Under the pieces are notes generated by a model that had not been told where the DNA came from, made no database searches, and worked only from the letters and a program-made list of their open reading frames with translations. Positions 37,681-47,214 of a DNA stretch of 64,000 nt are shown one piece after another (the first letter of the stretch is position 1; each line of letters starts with the position of its first letter). Both the position numbers and the translations under genes were made by a program. This DNA comes from Escherichia phage Av-05, in sequence record KM190144. One strand, given 5' to 3'.

Positions 37681-37872
37681 TCAAGATGATTTTTTGTCTT
37701 TTTCTTGGAGAAAAGACAGGACAAATGCTGTAACCGCTATAATCAAAGGTGGCATGACAACAATTGCCCATGGTAGGTATAGAGGGGCAAGAACTAACCA
37801 CCAAGACCAGTCTATAATCTCACACAACTTCAACGCTATGAAGAGAATGCTTAACGCAGATAAAAATCTCAT
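37681..37872 (-). CDS. Small membrane protein
   Basis: 63 aa, two hydrophobic helices. Confidence 0.4.
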   Translation of the reverse strand: MRFLSALSILFIALKLCEIIDWSWWLVLAPLYLPWAIVVMPPLIIAVTAFVLSFLQEKDKKSS

Positions 37873-37879
37873 AGAGACC

Positions 37880-38161
37880 TCAAGAGAAAAACTCTTCTAT
37901 AACTTCCCAAACCCTTTCCGAATCCCCTCCTGAAAGGATACTCCAAATAACCATATCTTGATAGCCTTTCTTACACACATCCACTTGTCGAAATGCTTTA
38001 TGGAAACCCTCTGGACAACTATATTCCACAGGGAGCATATCCACATTATCTTCGAAATATTTAAGTAGCAATTCCTCTTCTAAAGAGGGATTGTTGCGAA
38101 GTTTCTCTTTGAGATTCTCAACAAGTTGTGCACCTGTTAACTTTTTGTTTGTCATGTCCAA
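37880..38161 (-). CDS. Hypothetical protein
   Basis: ORF in track, 93 aa. Confidence 0.4.
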   Translation of the reverse strand: MDMTNKKLTGAQLVENLKEKLRNNPSLEEELLLKYFEDNVDMLPVEYSCPEGFHKAFRQVDVCKKGYQDMVIWSILSGGDSERVWEVIEEFFS

Positions 38162-38508
38162 TCTCCATTTTTAATTTCTAGTACATCCACGCTCTCTGTT
38201 GGTACAAAACCAACAACAGGCTTCATACATTTCTCTTTTACATTGTCGAAAACATACATTTCATCCAATGCTTTTTGTGTTGTGCACGATTCCCAGTTTT
38301 TTGTGTACTCTTTGTAGCCATCCTCGTAAAGGAGAAAGTAGTTAATAGTTGTTGCCCCAAGAATAACGAACATAACAAAAGAGACAACAACGTGTTTCCA
38401 TGTTCCTTTGTACGATAAAATGAAAGCCCAAATAGAACACAACACATAAAACGATAAAGCAGGGAACCAGTTATTATGCACCTGGACCCACTCTAAAAAA
38501 GACATCAT
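38152..38508 (-). CDS. Membrane protein
   Basis: 118 aa, N-terminal hydrophobic helices. Confidence 0.4.
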   Translation of the reverse strand: MMSFLEWVQVHNNWFPALSFYVLCSIWAFILSYKGTWKHVVVSFVMFVILGATTINYFLLYEDGYKEYTKNWESCTTQKALDEMYVFDNVKEKCMKPVVGFVPTESVDVLEIKNGDWT

Positions 38509-38512
38509 GTTT

Positions 38513-38806
38513 CTATCCTTTATTCATATATCTCTTCCAGTCAGAAACAATGTTAGATGCAAGCTGATAAGTTCCGTTGGCATGCCCATCAGCTTTTGCA
38601 GCCGCTTTTACATATGGTAGGGCTTGTTCGAGAGCATCCACAATCAAGGGACACATTGCAATAGCCAAAGCTAGGTTCCCGTTTTCAGCGGTACAGATTG
38701 GGGAGTAGCTCTCTATTCCGTTTCCGTATTTCTCAAGACTACCTTTAACAATAACTTGGTTTTCACCGAACAAATCCTCGTGATGTTCCCACATTTCTTT
38801 GGTCAT
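38513..38806 (-). CDS. Hypothetical protein
   Basis: ORF in track, 97 aa. Confidence 0.4.
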   Translation of the reverse strand: MTKEMWEHHEDLFGENQVIVKGSLEKYGNGIESYSPICTAENGNLALAIAMCPLIVDALEQALPYVKAAAKADGHANGTYQLASNIVSDWKRYMNKG

Positions 38807-39028
38807 CTAGTTGTTCCTCAATTTTGCCATTGCATTATTAAATATTTTTTCGAGTTTCCTGTATTTAATCTTTTGTTTTATGCTTAACTTTTTTCTCTCT
38901 CCGGCAACCATTGCGCCATAATACTTAAATAAAACAACACGTCTATTGCTTACTTTTAATACTTGGGATTCCCTTTTCCTTGGCAGGAGAAGGATTTTAG
39001 CTTTGCGATTTTTCAACTTTACCTCCAA
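38807..39028 (-). CDS. Small basic protein
   Basis: 73 aa, K/R-rich. Confidence 0.35.
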   Translation of the reverse strand: MEVKLKNRKAKILLLPRKRESQVLKVSNRRVVLFKYYGAMVAGERKKLSIKQKIKYRKLEKIFNNAMAKLRNN

Positions 39029-39539
39029 TCATCTTATCCAGTTTTCGCCACATATCCCACACACCACCATTACCTATTGTGTTTTTCGATGGAGTCACAC
39101 AGGCGATAAATTCCAGATCAGTGCCCTTATTCATAAGATATTCAGATACCAACCCTGAAGCGATCAGTTTTATATTTTCAAGGTCTTCTTCAAGCTCCTG
39201 AATACGAGCCTGTGCTTTTTCAATTTCTTCCTTATGTCTTTTGTATTCTTGAAAAGCGTGCCAAGATTGTCCTTTATGAACACTTTCACAAATGGCCTCT
39301 ACTTGCTCTTTTGAGAGCACAGTGAGTGGTTGAGATGGGAAAATCATTATTTGTCCACTATCCCAATCGAATCCTGCATGTATAGATTGAACATCAACCG
39401 AAGGTGTTGCTCCAACAGTGCCTGGGGAATGAATAACGATTGTTACTTTAGTGTCTGGATCCAGATATTGTTTTCCACGTAGAGATGCTATGTGATTAAC
39501 CAAGTCTGTAAATTTTGAAAATTTCATGTAAAACCTCAA
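38997..39539 (-). CDS. Hypothetical protein
   Basis: ORF in track, 180 aa, C-terminal coiled-coil-like segment. Confidence 0.4.
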   Translation of the reverse strand: MRFYMKFSKFTDLVNHIASLRGKQYLDPDTKVTIVIHSPGTVGATPSVDVQSIHAGFDWDSGQIMIFPSQPLTVLSKEQVEAICESVHKGQSWHAFQEYKRHKEEIEKAQARIQELEEDLENIKLIASGLVSEYLMNKGTDLEFIACVTPSKNTIGNGGVWDMWRKLDKMIGGKVEKSQS

Positions 39540-39946
39540 TATGCAAAATAAACTGTTGCCACGCCGTTATAGTGGTCAAACGATACGGCGTTTACTTCAT
39601 AGCTGGCCGGGAGCTTCGAGCCGAGAACGTATCTGGGCCACGTATTCCATGGAGTTTCTATACCCTTACCATTTTTATATACGACACATCCAAGCGAACC
39701 TACAACCTCCCCAGAACGTTTGCCACATGTTACGAAACCTATATTTTTGTTGCTGTCATTAATAACTATTTGGTCATACCTGACTGATGCATTAGCAGCA
39801 CGCTGTGCCAGTTGAGTTGCGATATTCGTAGAGTTCGCAGCAGCCACAGTAGCCATGGTCGCGGCGGTAGATGCCATAATAGCCGTTGAAGCCTGCACCT
39901 GTTGGGTAATTGTCAGCAATGCCGCTGCAAAAATGATCTTCTTCAC
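39536..39946 (-). CDS. Secreted (signal-peptide) early protein
   Basis: MKKIIFAAALLTITQQVQA signal peptide with AxA-type cleavage site. Confidence 0.45.
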   Translation of the reverse strand: MKKIIFAAALLTITQQVQASTAIMASTAATMATVAAANSTNIATQLAQRAANASVRYDQIVINDSNKNIGFVTCGKRSGEVVGSLGCVVYKNGKGIETPWNTWPRYVLGSKLPASYEVNAVSFDHYNGVATVYFAY

Positions 39947-40011
39947 TTGTTATCTCCTTGATGAAGCTGGGCAACTAACCTATCACAGATATGCCAAATA
40001 TTTGTTAATGT

Positions 40012-40266
40012 TCATGCGGCATCGCTATGGTAGATAAAGTCTTCTTTGAACTGTTTGTATGTTAAGCAGTGCTCTAAATAACCCTCGTTAATTTTAATCA
40101 AAGGGAAGTCAGTAATCAAGACATGATTTAAACCAACGGCAGTAACAAGGTATTTCTGCTCTGGATCCCAAGACAATTTAGACTTGTACAAACAACCTTG
40201 TCTAATTTTAAAATCTTCCATATACCCACCCTTCGCAGTTGTGATCACGACATCCTTCAAAATCAT
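40012..40266 (-). CDS. Hypothetical protein
   Basis: ORF in track, 84 aa. Confidence 0.35.
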   Translation of the reverse strand: MILKDVVITTAKGGYMEDFKIRQGCLYKSKLSWDPEQKYLVTAVGLNHVLITDFPLIKINEGYLEHCLTYKQFKEDFIYHSDAA

Positions 40267-40981
40267 AAGGATTGTACTGCCAGGTTATTTTTCCGCAGTG
40301 CGGACAATTCCAGCGCACCTTCCCGCTTCGCGACTTCTTTCTTCTGTTCTGCTTTTTCAACCAGTCAGGCATGACCAAACCTGCGCCCTGAACCATTGTT
40401 CTGCGGTTAAAGTTATTGATATTGAACGTCAGGCGCTTTGCTGAATCAGCAATGGAAAATGGCAACCAAACTATTCCTGGTTCGTTTTTGTTGGCGACGC
40501 TAAAGATGGTCGCTTTACTGAAGTCATCTGTTGGCAATCCACCGTGTTGAAGCCAGTAAACATCGTTGCCGTTCCAGCTACCTTTTTTGTAGGCCACATA
40601 CGCAGTGCAATCTGGCTCAATCAGGTTTTCTGTAGGGATGTACTGGCAATCAACGTGCCACACAGCCATTGCATCAACGCTATCAGCGCAAACAGGCCGA
40701 TCGATATCTCGACCACAATTCCAGGCTTTTTGGGCTTCTTCCAGCGTGTAAACATGGGCGCGATCGATATCAGAACTGTAACCATTACCGTTATGGCAAT
40801 GGAATGAGGCGTTATTACCTACAGTTTCACGCAAGCACATCATGTAAAAACGATTTTTACACATCTTTAGCAACCACCTGTAGACAAGTGAGTAAACCCA
40901 TGATAAAAGCACCAATATGCCCAGCAAAAAGCAGCCCTTTATGAACAGGTAGCCCCGCCATAACCAACGCCACAGGAACAC
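40208..40981 (-). CDS. Cys-rich hypothetical protein (true start uncertain)
   Basis: C-terminal CPHCGKITWQ...CRDHNCEGW zinc-binding-like cluster; N-terminal part of track ORF may be non-coding. Confidence 0.35.
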   Translation of the reverse strand: MFLWRWLWRGYLFIKGCFLLGILVLLSWVYSLVYRWLLKMCKNRFYMMCLRETVGNNASFHCHNGNGYSSDIDRAHVYTLEEAQKAWNCGRDIDRPVCADSVDAMAVWHVDCQYIPTENLIEPDCTAYVAYKKGSWNGNDVYWLQHGGLPTDDFSKATIFSVANKNEPGIVWLPFSIADSAKRLTFNINNFNRRTMVQGAGLVMPDWLKKQNRRKKSRSGKVRWNCPHCGKITWQYNPYDFEGCRDHNCEGWVYGRF

Positions 40982-41195
40982 TTACAAGTGTGAACAGGAA
41001 TGCCCATAATAATTCTTTCATTATTTTCTCTTATGTTTTGACTTTCTACGTATCTTAGCTGCTCGTCGTGCCGCTGCAATACCTGTACGGCGTTTCGAGG
41101 TTGTGATGCCGTTGCCACCCTTCTCTGGCTCTAGAGTGCCTGTGGCATCCAAAAACGGATCGGATATGGTAATAAACTACATAATGCCACACGCA

Positions 41196-41654
41196 TTACT
41201 CACCTCCTTTGCGAAGCTCTGCGGCGAAATATACGGCTGCGGAAACAATAGCTGCATGTAGGTTTTCACCATCAGAAAATAAAGGATCCCCCTTAAGTGC
41301 ATTGACGATACTCTGATGATTTTTTGCCAACATCTCCACCCCCTGCGCCCGTACTTCAGCCAAGAAAGCATCTGTTGCCGGAGTTTCAGGAATCAGTCTC
41401 CTCATCAGTCCTATTGCATGATTGAACCCGAAATCTTCAGCAAGAGATACGTCATCCATATTGTCATTGTCGTCCTCAATATCCCGTGGTTCTGGAATTG
41501 CAGACTTTATTGCCGCATTCTCCGCAGCCAGCGCCGCAAGATTAGCTTCCAGTTCTGAGATTTTCTTTTTGTCATGGTATTTCTCTTCTAAAAGAGTTGC
41601 ACATTTAGCACCAAGGCGTTTGATTTCATCAATGTACACCGATTTCTCAGTCAT
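41196..41654 (-). CDS. Hypothetical protein
   Basis: ORF in track, 152 aa, coiled-coil-like. Confidence 0.4.
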   Translation of the reverse strand: MTEKSVYIDEIKRLGAKCATLLEEKYHDKKKISELEANLAALAAENAAIKSAIPEPRDIEDDNDNMDDVSLAEDFGFNHAIGLMRRLIPETPATDAFLAEVRAQGVEMLAKNHQSIVNALKGDPLFSDGENLHAAIVSAAVYFAAELRKGGE

Positions 41655-41874
41655 GGCTAATTACCTCTCCCTTCAACAACTTGACATTAATTTTGAGTTC
41701 TGCAATTTGACACATAGCGTCAATATTTGTGTCTTCTAACTTCTTAATTTCATCAAGAAGTGCCAGCACAAGCTGGGGCGTGACCATAGCACGGTAGTCA
41801 GTTATTTCTTGATGAGTACCACCATCTTTTGCTATCTCTGCTAACTTACGTAATTCTTGGTAGTCAATTTTCAT
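41647..41874 (-). CDS. Hypothetical protein
   Basis: Track ORF 41647-41994 trimmed to internal Met MKIDYQELRK to avoid overlap. Confidence 0.35.
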   Translation of the reverse strand: MKIDYQELRKLAEIAKDGGTHQEITDYRAMVTPQLVLALLDEIKKLEDTNIDAMCQIAELKINVKLLKGEVISHD

Positions 41875-42250
41875 AACTTGATAAGTCCTGTGTTGTTTTA
41901 TTGACTGCATTATATGCCTCTTTGAGCACCCAGTCAACAGCATCTTTCCATGCTCCGGTTTCGACGGGTGGATTCTCACGCTTAACCTGCTCATAGAAGC
42001 GCACTGCTTTAATCAATCCTTCTAAGGTTACAGGTGTGGTGTATAACGCCTGAATTTCGTAGTTTGGTCTGTCGTTACAATCTTCTTTTGTTGGGACATA
42101 TTTCCAGTCACCAGTCCACAGATTTCCCTGTTTTACATAACGATAGCGCCAAGCAACTGGTTGTTGGGTTGCTGTTTTAAGGCTTGGTGACGAAGGTGGG
42201 AGCGAAACATTAGCCATTTCCGAGATGACAGGTTGATAACCATTGCTCAT
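41864..42250 (-). CDS. Hypothetical protein
   Basis: ORF in track, 128 aa. Confidence 0.4.
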   Translation of the reverse strand: MSNGYQPVISEMANVSLPPSSPSLKTATQQPVAWRYRYVKQGNLWTGDWKYVPTKEDCNDRPNYEIQALYTTPVTLEGLIKAVRFYEQVKRENPPVETGAWKDAVDWVLKEAYNAVNKTTQDLSSYEN

Positions 42251-42425
42251 CTAAATCTCCTCCTGCCTCATATGCCACTTGTAACCAATACATAAATGTT
42301 TCAATAGAAACACAACCACAATCCACATCAATCTGGTCATGTTGTTGTTCCAACCACTGCTGAAAACGTGATTTTTGAGTGTCATTCTCTGGCTGTTCTT
42401 TTATCATTATCACCCCCATCGGCAA
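42210..42425 (-). CDS. Hypothetical protein
   Basis: ORF in track, 71 aa. Confidence 0.35.
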   Translation of the reverse strand: MPMGVIMIKEQPENDTQKSRFQQWLEQQHDQIDVDCGCVSIETFMYWLQVAYEAGGDLDEQWLSTCHLGNG

Positions 42426-42489
42426 ACTGAGTACACTGCAAAGGCTACAGCCATTACAACCCCTACCGTTGTGAATGCTTCAGGCCAAG

Positions 42490-43152
42490 TCATTGATTCA
42501 TCCCCTTCTTCTTGAGCATGGCGGCACGGCAAGCGTTCCAGCCATCAACATAATCAAACGTATTACTATCGTCTGGCTCGATTTCATCCGGTACTGCCAA
42601 TGTCGGCTGGGCGGCAACATTGGCAAAGGCTGCACGCAACCCTGTCTTAATTTCCTCTACCTCATCAGCGCCTAGCGATGAATCTGACAGTGCATGATGG
42701 AATGCGTATGCCATGTCGTCGTTTACTGTTATCGGTTCCACTTTCTGTACTGTAAGTGTTGGCGGCACATGATACAACGGGATTACACGACGCGGGTCTG
42801 TGCCTTTACCTGGTGGGTACGGCATTATCCAGCCTAAACCAATCTGATCAACATCCCGCAACTCCTCTTCGTCCGTCCATCCCACCGGTTCTGCTCTCAA
42901 CTCCACCTGTGCATTAGGGGAGGTGTAGAGCGGGATTCCTTTCCTCCCACCAGAAAATTCATTGCGAGCGTTATACTCACGACCATCTGCGTCCTCACAC
43001 ATCCATGCTACAGGCTTTGTCTCCAGCACTGCCAAAGCAATCCGTGCCAGTTCTTGCGCTTCTTCTGCTGGCAGTACAACGTTGCTACCAAGTCCGTATG
43101 TTTCACGCCACTGCTTGATTGTCAGAAGGCGTTCTTTGGTAAGAATACTCAT
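42490..43152 (-). CDS. Hypothetical protein
   Basis: ORF in track, 220 aa. Confidence 0.4.
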   Translation of the reverse strand: MSILTKERLLTIKQWRETYGLGSNVVLPAEEAQELARIALAVLETKPVAWMCEDADGREYNARNEFSGGRKGIPLYTSPNAQVELRAEPVGWTDEEELRDVDQIGLGWIMPYPPGKGTDPRRVIPLYHVPPTLTVQKVEPITVNDDMAYAFHHALSDSSLGADEVEEIKTGLRAAFANVAAQPTLAVPDEIEPDDSNTFDYVDGWNACRAAMLKKKGMNQ

Positions 43153-43154
43153 AT

Positions 43155-43418
43155 CTATTTCACCTTAATCTCAACATTTCTCACATCTAGCTCTACGGGG
43201 AGTTCTGCCTTTCCAGTCAGTGCTAATGCAAGATTTTCTGGAGTAATAATGACAGTTATTGTTTTTCCTCTCTCCAGACGAATAGCCATTCTTATCTTGT
43301 CATCATCATCACCTGTGTTAGGTCGAGTAATTGATATTTGTCCGTTCATATATTTATCCTCTGTTATTAACATGCCAATCCTTAACAAATGGTTATGTGA
43401 ATGAAAGAAAGCAGCCAA
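43155..43418 (-). CDS. Hypothetical protein
   Basis: ORF in track, 87 aa. Confidence 0.4.
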   Translation of the reverse strand: MAAFFHSHNHLLRIGMLITEDKYMNGQISITRPNTGDDDDKIRMAIRLERGKTITVIITPENLALALTGKAELPVELDVRNVEIKVK

Positions 43419-43525
43419 AGAATTGACTCAATAGCTGCCCAACCAATAACTGCACAAACAACACCAAGAAACAAGAAAAAACCAGGACCTGGCAAATTAT
43501 TGAACATCCTCACTCCCCTTTGTTA

Positions 43526-43831
43526 TTAGCACGCTGTAAAAGCAAGTGGTGAAGTGTACACTTCAATTTTTCCGTTATCAATAGGCCATTCTCCATCTTT
43601 GATATAGTCGCTTGTACCATCGACTCGCTGCTCTGCGATATGGAAAGCACCAATCGGTTTTGCTTCTAATGCATTTAATGCGATCTTGGCAATCTCCAAA
43701 TCAAGAGATACCATATCAAAAATCTTCTTATACTCATCCCCAGCCTCACCAACACGCTGTTGGAGGTCTTTCAGATGGTCAACATTAGAGCGCACATGCT
43801 TAAGTAGCTTCTCTTTTGTAAATCTTTTCAT
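43526..43831 (-). CDS. Hypothetical protein
   Basis: ORF in track, 101 aa. Confidence 0.4.
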   Translation of the reverse strand: MKRFTKEKLLKHVRSNVDHLKDLQQRVGEAGDEYKKIFDMVSLDLEIAKIALNALEAKPIGAFHIAEQRVDGTSDYIKDGEWPIDNGKIEVYTSPLAFTAC

Positions 43832-43839
43832 AAGTCACC

Positions 43840-44103
43840 TTATCCTGCTGTACTTGCCACTACCGAGGGAAATGTAATACTCTCTTCAAACAAAGCGCCA
43901 AGGTTTTCAACAGCCATGCAAAAATCAAATGCCGTCCCAGAGTCCAGTGCCTTAAAAATTTCATCTTCACGGCGTAAATCGTACAGATAAATATGCCTAT
44001 CCCCTATGGTATAAAAACCTATCCTTTTTGGGGATGGGTAACGATCAATGATGCTTTGAAGGTCTCTTAACCACTTCTTTTCTTCTTTTGTCAGTTTTGG
44101 CAT
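43840..44103 (-). CDS. Hypothetical protein
   Basis: ORF in track, 87 aa. Confidence 0.4.
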   Translation of the reverse strand: MPKLTKEEKKWLRDLQSIIDRYPSPKRIGFYTIGDRHIYLYDLRREDEIFKALDSGTAFDFCMAVENLGALFEESITFPSVVASTAG

Positions 44104-44105
44104 AG

Positions 44106-44597
44106 TTACTCTTCCCTTTTGAATAATACATCCCGTAATACAGGAACGCTTTTATCCATACTTGCTTCAAGTTGCTTACTGTCCGCACTTGCCCATGCAT
44201 ACACAACCATTTTAGCAACGTCGCTCAAAGTTTCATACTTATTTCTTAAAGCTCCTTGCTCCTTCTTGAAAAAATCTATATTGTCTTGTACCCATTGCAA
44301 GCGTTCTTTGTTCTCATGGCAAGTATTTTTAAACATTTCTCTACTATAGGGACTTGTCTGGTTAAAAGGCAATCTTTTATCTAGCCCCGCCTTTTCGAAA
44401 TCATCATGCAGCATGTCTAGTAGGTCATCTCTGTAGCCGGACAAATGATTCACATTACACCAATCATATAAATTAGCACACAAACCGCAGTCACGAGAGA
44501 AAATATCAGAGTCTGGTGCTCCTCTTTTTACCCAAGCATCGTAAGAAAGGTAAAAACTTTGTAATAAGACATGTAGCTTTGTAATATCAAAATTCAT
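44106..44597 (-). CDS. Hypothetical protein
   Basis: ORF in track, 163 aa. Confidence 0.4.
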   Translation of the reverse strand: MNFDITKLHVLLQSFYLSYDAWVKRGAPDSDIFSRDCGLCANLYDWCNVNHLSGYRDDLLDMLHDDFEKAGLDKRLPFNQTSPYSREMFKNTCHENKERLQWVQDNIDFFKKEQGALRNKYETLSDVAKMVVYAWASADSKQLEASMDKSVPVLRDVLFKREE

Positions 44598-45055
44598 TGC
44601 TCGAAATCTCCATTGCGAAGTTGCTCTGCATAAAGAAGGGCTTGTTTTCCCGCATAGATGATGCTTTCTTCTTGCTCCTGCTCTCCGATACGGATTGTGA
44701 GCATACCGTACATATGAACACCTTGAGCCATCATCTCTGTGGAGAACTTCTTTGTGGCTTCCAAACTGGGCATCAAAGGTGACTGATCTGCTGGGGTATA
44801 TGCATCAGAGATATCAGATTGTTCCCCATCAAAAACATAACAACTCTCACGAATGAACTTCTTTAGGAGTGCATTTTCTGATGCTACGTCAATGAACATA
44901 CCCTCCAGTTTCTTGTAGTCATCGTAAGAAACCATGTCTGTACAGAAGGAACTCCCTTGTACAGGGGGTGATAAATAGTCACTTGGTATTGCATGTATCT
45001 TTACATTTCTCATAGAAATTCTCCACAAAGTGTCAGGTAGTGAAATGATACACAA
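44594..45055 (-). CDS. Hypothetical protein
   Basis: ORF in track, 153 aa. Confidence 0.4.
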   Translation of the reverse strand: MCIISLPDTLWRISMRNVKIHAIPSDYLSPPVQGSSFCTDMVSYDDYKKLEGMFIDVASENALLKKFIRESCYVFDGEQSDISDAYTPADQSPLMPSLEATKKFSTEMMAQGVHMYGMLTIRIGEQEQEESIIYAGKQALLYAEQLRNGDFEQ

Positions 45056-45079
45056 ACAGATTGCCTATAGCAAGTGTTC

Positions 45080-45451
45080 TTAATTAGCCAATTCAGCATC
45101 CAACGACATTATATACTCAGGTAGCTTTCGAATGTTCTCATACAGCACAATCTCTCCGTGTGTCAATGGCCTGATTTCTTTATCCACACCAACATTATTA
45201 TGGTAATCCCAATCTGCATCGACATGGACGAAGACCAGCGTTCCTCTATTGCCAGTCTTAGCGGCCTTTCTTACGATAATCTCTCCGTCTATTGAAGGTA
45301 GGCATCTTTTAAAGAACTTGTTTAAAAGTTTTTGTTGAATTGCTTCTGCCAAGATCATTTTGTCTTGGCTATCTATGATTCTTTTAATTTCAGAGTTGTT
45401 TACTTCAACATCAATAAGTTGTGTTGTTGTCTGGGTTCCTTTTACTTTCAT
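45080..45451 (-). CDS. Hypothetical protein
   Basis: Track ORF 45080-45544 trimmed to Met MKVKGTQ (45451) so it does not overlap the HNH gene. Confidence 0.35.
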   Translation of the reverse strand: MKVKGTQTTTQLIDVEVNNSEIKRIIDSQDKMILAEAIQQKLLNKFFKRCLPSIDGEIIVRKAAKTGNRGTLVFVHVDADWDYHNNVGVDKEIRPLTHGEIVLYENIRKLPEYIMSLDAELAN

Positions 45452-45461
45452 TATTTTTACC

Positions 45462-46100
45462 TTACTCTGATATAGGGTCTGTTTTTGATCTTCTTTTCTG
45501 GACTTTCTTGGGTCTTCCTGTGATATGTGACCATGAGTATCCATTATTTAAAGAAGATATTGTATTTCTGGAAACTCCGAATAGTTCCGCAATAGCTTTG
45601 TGTGTTATCCCACAATCAATAAGCCGTACAATCTCTAAAACTTTCTCCTTTGTAAGGACAGATAAATGATAATCATCACCAAATTTTTGGATTCTCCCCA
45701 TACTATAAGCCACTGTATTGTTATGGCTATAGGTACACCACTCAAGATTTTCAACTCTATTATTATGTCTGTTACCATCTATGTGGTTTATAATTGGAAC
45801 TCCTAGCACAGTTTTTCTGCATTCTTTCTGCAATTCTGGAGAAGGAGGCTCTTTAAAAGCCTCCGCTACAAGTCTATGGACTGAAAAACTTTTCCCTGAA
45901 TCTTTACCCCTTTTGTACAAGCACACGCTCGGATAGCATTGTGGAGATAAATTTTCACTTTTAGTTTTTAAATATTTCCACATTCCTGATTTAAAAGATC
46001 TTACATTTCCATAATTACTTACTTGATAATCAGGATACCCTACAATATCCTTCCAAATTTCCTCTACTTCATCAGTGGGAATCTGCCCATGTGTATCCAC
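45462..46100 (-). CDS. Free-standing HNH homing endonuclease (NUMOD4-like N-terminus)
   Basis: GYPDYQVSNYGNVRS motif and NHIDGNRHNNRVENLEW HNH motif; GTG start overlaps 3' end of polymerase exon 3. Confidence 0.65.
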   Translation of the reverse strand: MDTHGQIPTDEVEEIWKDIVGYPDYQVSNYGNVRSFKSGMWKYLKTKSENLSPQCYPSVCLYKRGKDSGKSFSVHRLVAEAFKEPPSPELQKECRKTVLGVPIINHIDGNRHNNRVENLEWCTYSHNNTVAYSMGRIQKFGDDYHLSVLTKEKVLEIVRLIDCGITHKAIAELFGVSRNTISSLNNGYSWSHITGRPKKVQKRRSKTDPISE

Positions 46101-46371
46101 AAAGATATTCTCCTGTAATTAAAACGGGAAGCCCCATTATCTTAGACGCTTTTTCTACACATTTTGTTGCAAGCTCTCCTACTGGGCAATGCAGTATCCT
46201 GTATTTCCCATACACATCAGGTTCAACAATAACTTTACCTGCTTTCACATAATGTCCGTCGAAACGATGGCCTTTTTCAAGCATCATATCTACATAGCTT
46301 TGTGCAGCCTCTAAGTTAGAATGCTCCGTTATTGATTTAAATCTTTCCGGTACTTGTACCTGTATCTCATC
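46072..46371 (-). CDS. DNA polymerase (family A), exon 3
   Basis: Begins DEIQV (completes motif C as ...YYH|DEIQV) and ends GLPVLITGEYLCGYTWADSH, like Pol I/T7 pol C-terminus. Confidence 0.6.
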   Translation of the reverse strand, partial: DEIQVQVPERFKSITEHSNLEAAQSYVDMMLEKGHRFDGHYVKAGKVIVEPDVYGKYRILHCPVGELATKCVEKASKIMGLPVLITGEYLCGYTWADSH

Positions 46372-47214
46372 CACTAGTTCAAGGAGTTCGCTACTCTCCC
46401 CCGCACCGTTACGTGCATAGCCACAAGATTTCTCCTGTGGGTCAGACTATATCATAACCCTTTTTCAAGGGTTCCTCCCGTTTGGACCGCGCTTGCTGGC
46501 CTACTCTACTCGCTTCTTCACATCAGATGAAGCTGATGCTATGCTTTCGATAGTCGTTGAACGTCACTTACCAAGTATAGTCTTTAGAGATATGCACCCA
46601 CAATCTCCGTTGTTTAATTCCTTTTACGGATGGGTAGGGGTATCCGAGATCTCTAATCTCGCATTGCCTTAGCCCTGACTGTAGCAATTCACAAATCTCT
46701 CTCACATCTTTTTCTGTGAGAATGGCATTCGCATTGTTTTCACCAATAGGTATAACACGTAATCCTGTATCGTAAGCATGTTTTATATTGCTGCCATGTG
46801 TCCCCCACTCAAGATTCCACGCTGCGTTATTAAGTTTGTTTCCATCTTTATGATTAACGCTGGTGAATCTTTCTGGATCTGGATTAGGCACAAAACATTC
46901 TGCCACCATCCGATGTATGGCTTTCGTACAGGACTTACCGTCTATCCTTATAATTGTACACAGATATCCCCTCCCATTATCAAATACCTGCAAGGGAAGT
47001 TTATCTCTTTTTGAAAGAGGCGTGGAACCATCTTCAAAAACTGTATACCCATGGTAATCTTTTGCTTTTACCATTTTACTATACCTCTTTAAGTTTTCGC
47101 TGCGGATTGGCATATTGTCCTTATAACACAATACATTATAAGAATCAACTTAGCTTTCCCGACAATTAGAGAGGTTTTCGACATGCATTACTGCATGAAG
47201 CCACAATGTTATTT
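46372..47214 (-). mobile_element. Group-I-intron-like insertion 2 in DNA polymerase gene, with HNH ORF
   Basis: Splits motif C; minus strand has R-like GTTCAACGACTA and S-like ATGATATAGTC elements; 5' exon ends U, insertion ends G. Confidence 0.55.
46568..47131 (-). CDS. Intron-encoded HNH homing endonuclease
   Basis: VNHKDGNKLNNAAWNLEWGTHGSN HNH motif; 187 aa inside insertion 2. Confidence 0.65.
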   Translation of the reverse strand: MCYKDNMPIRSENLKRYSKMVKAKDYHGYTVFEDGSTPLSKRDKLPLQVFDNGRGYLCTIIRIDGKSCTKAIHRMVAECFVPNPDPERFTSVNHKDGNKLNNAAWNLEWGTHGSNIKHAYDTGLRVIPIGENNANAILTEKDVREICELLQSGLRQCEIRDLGYPYPSVKGIKQRRLWVHISKDYTW

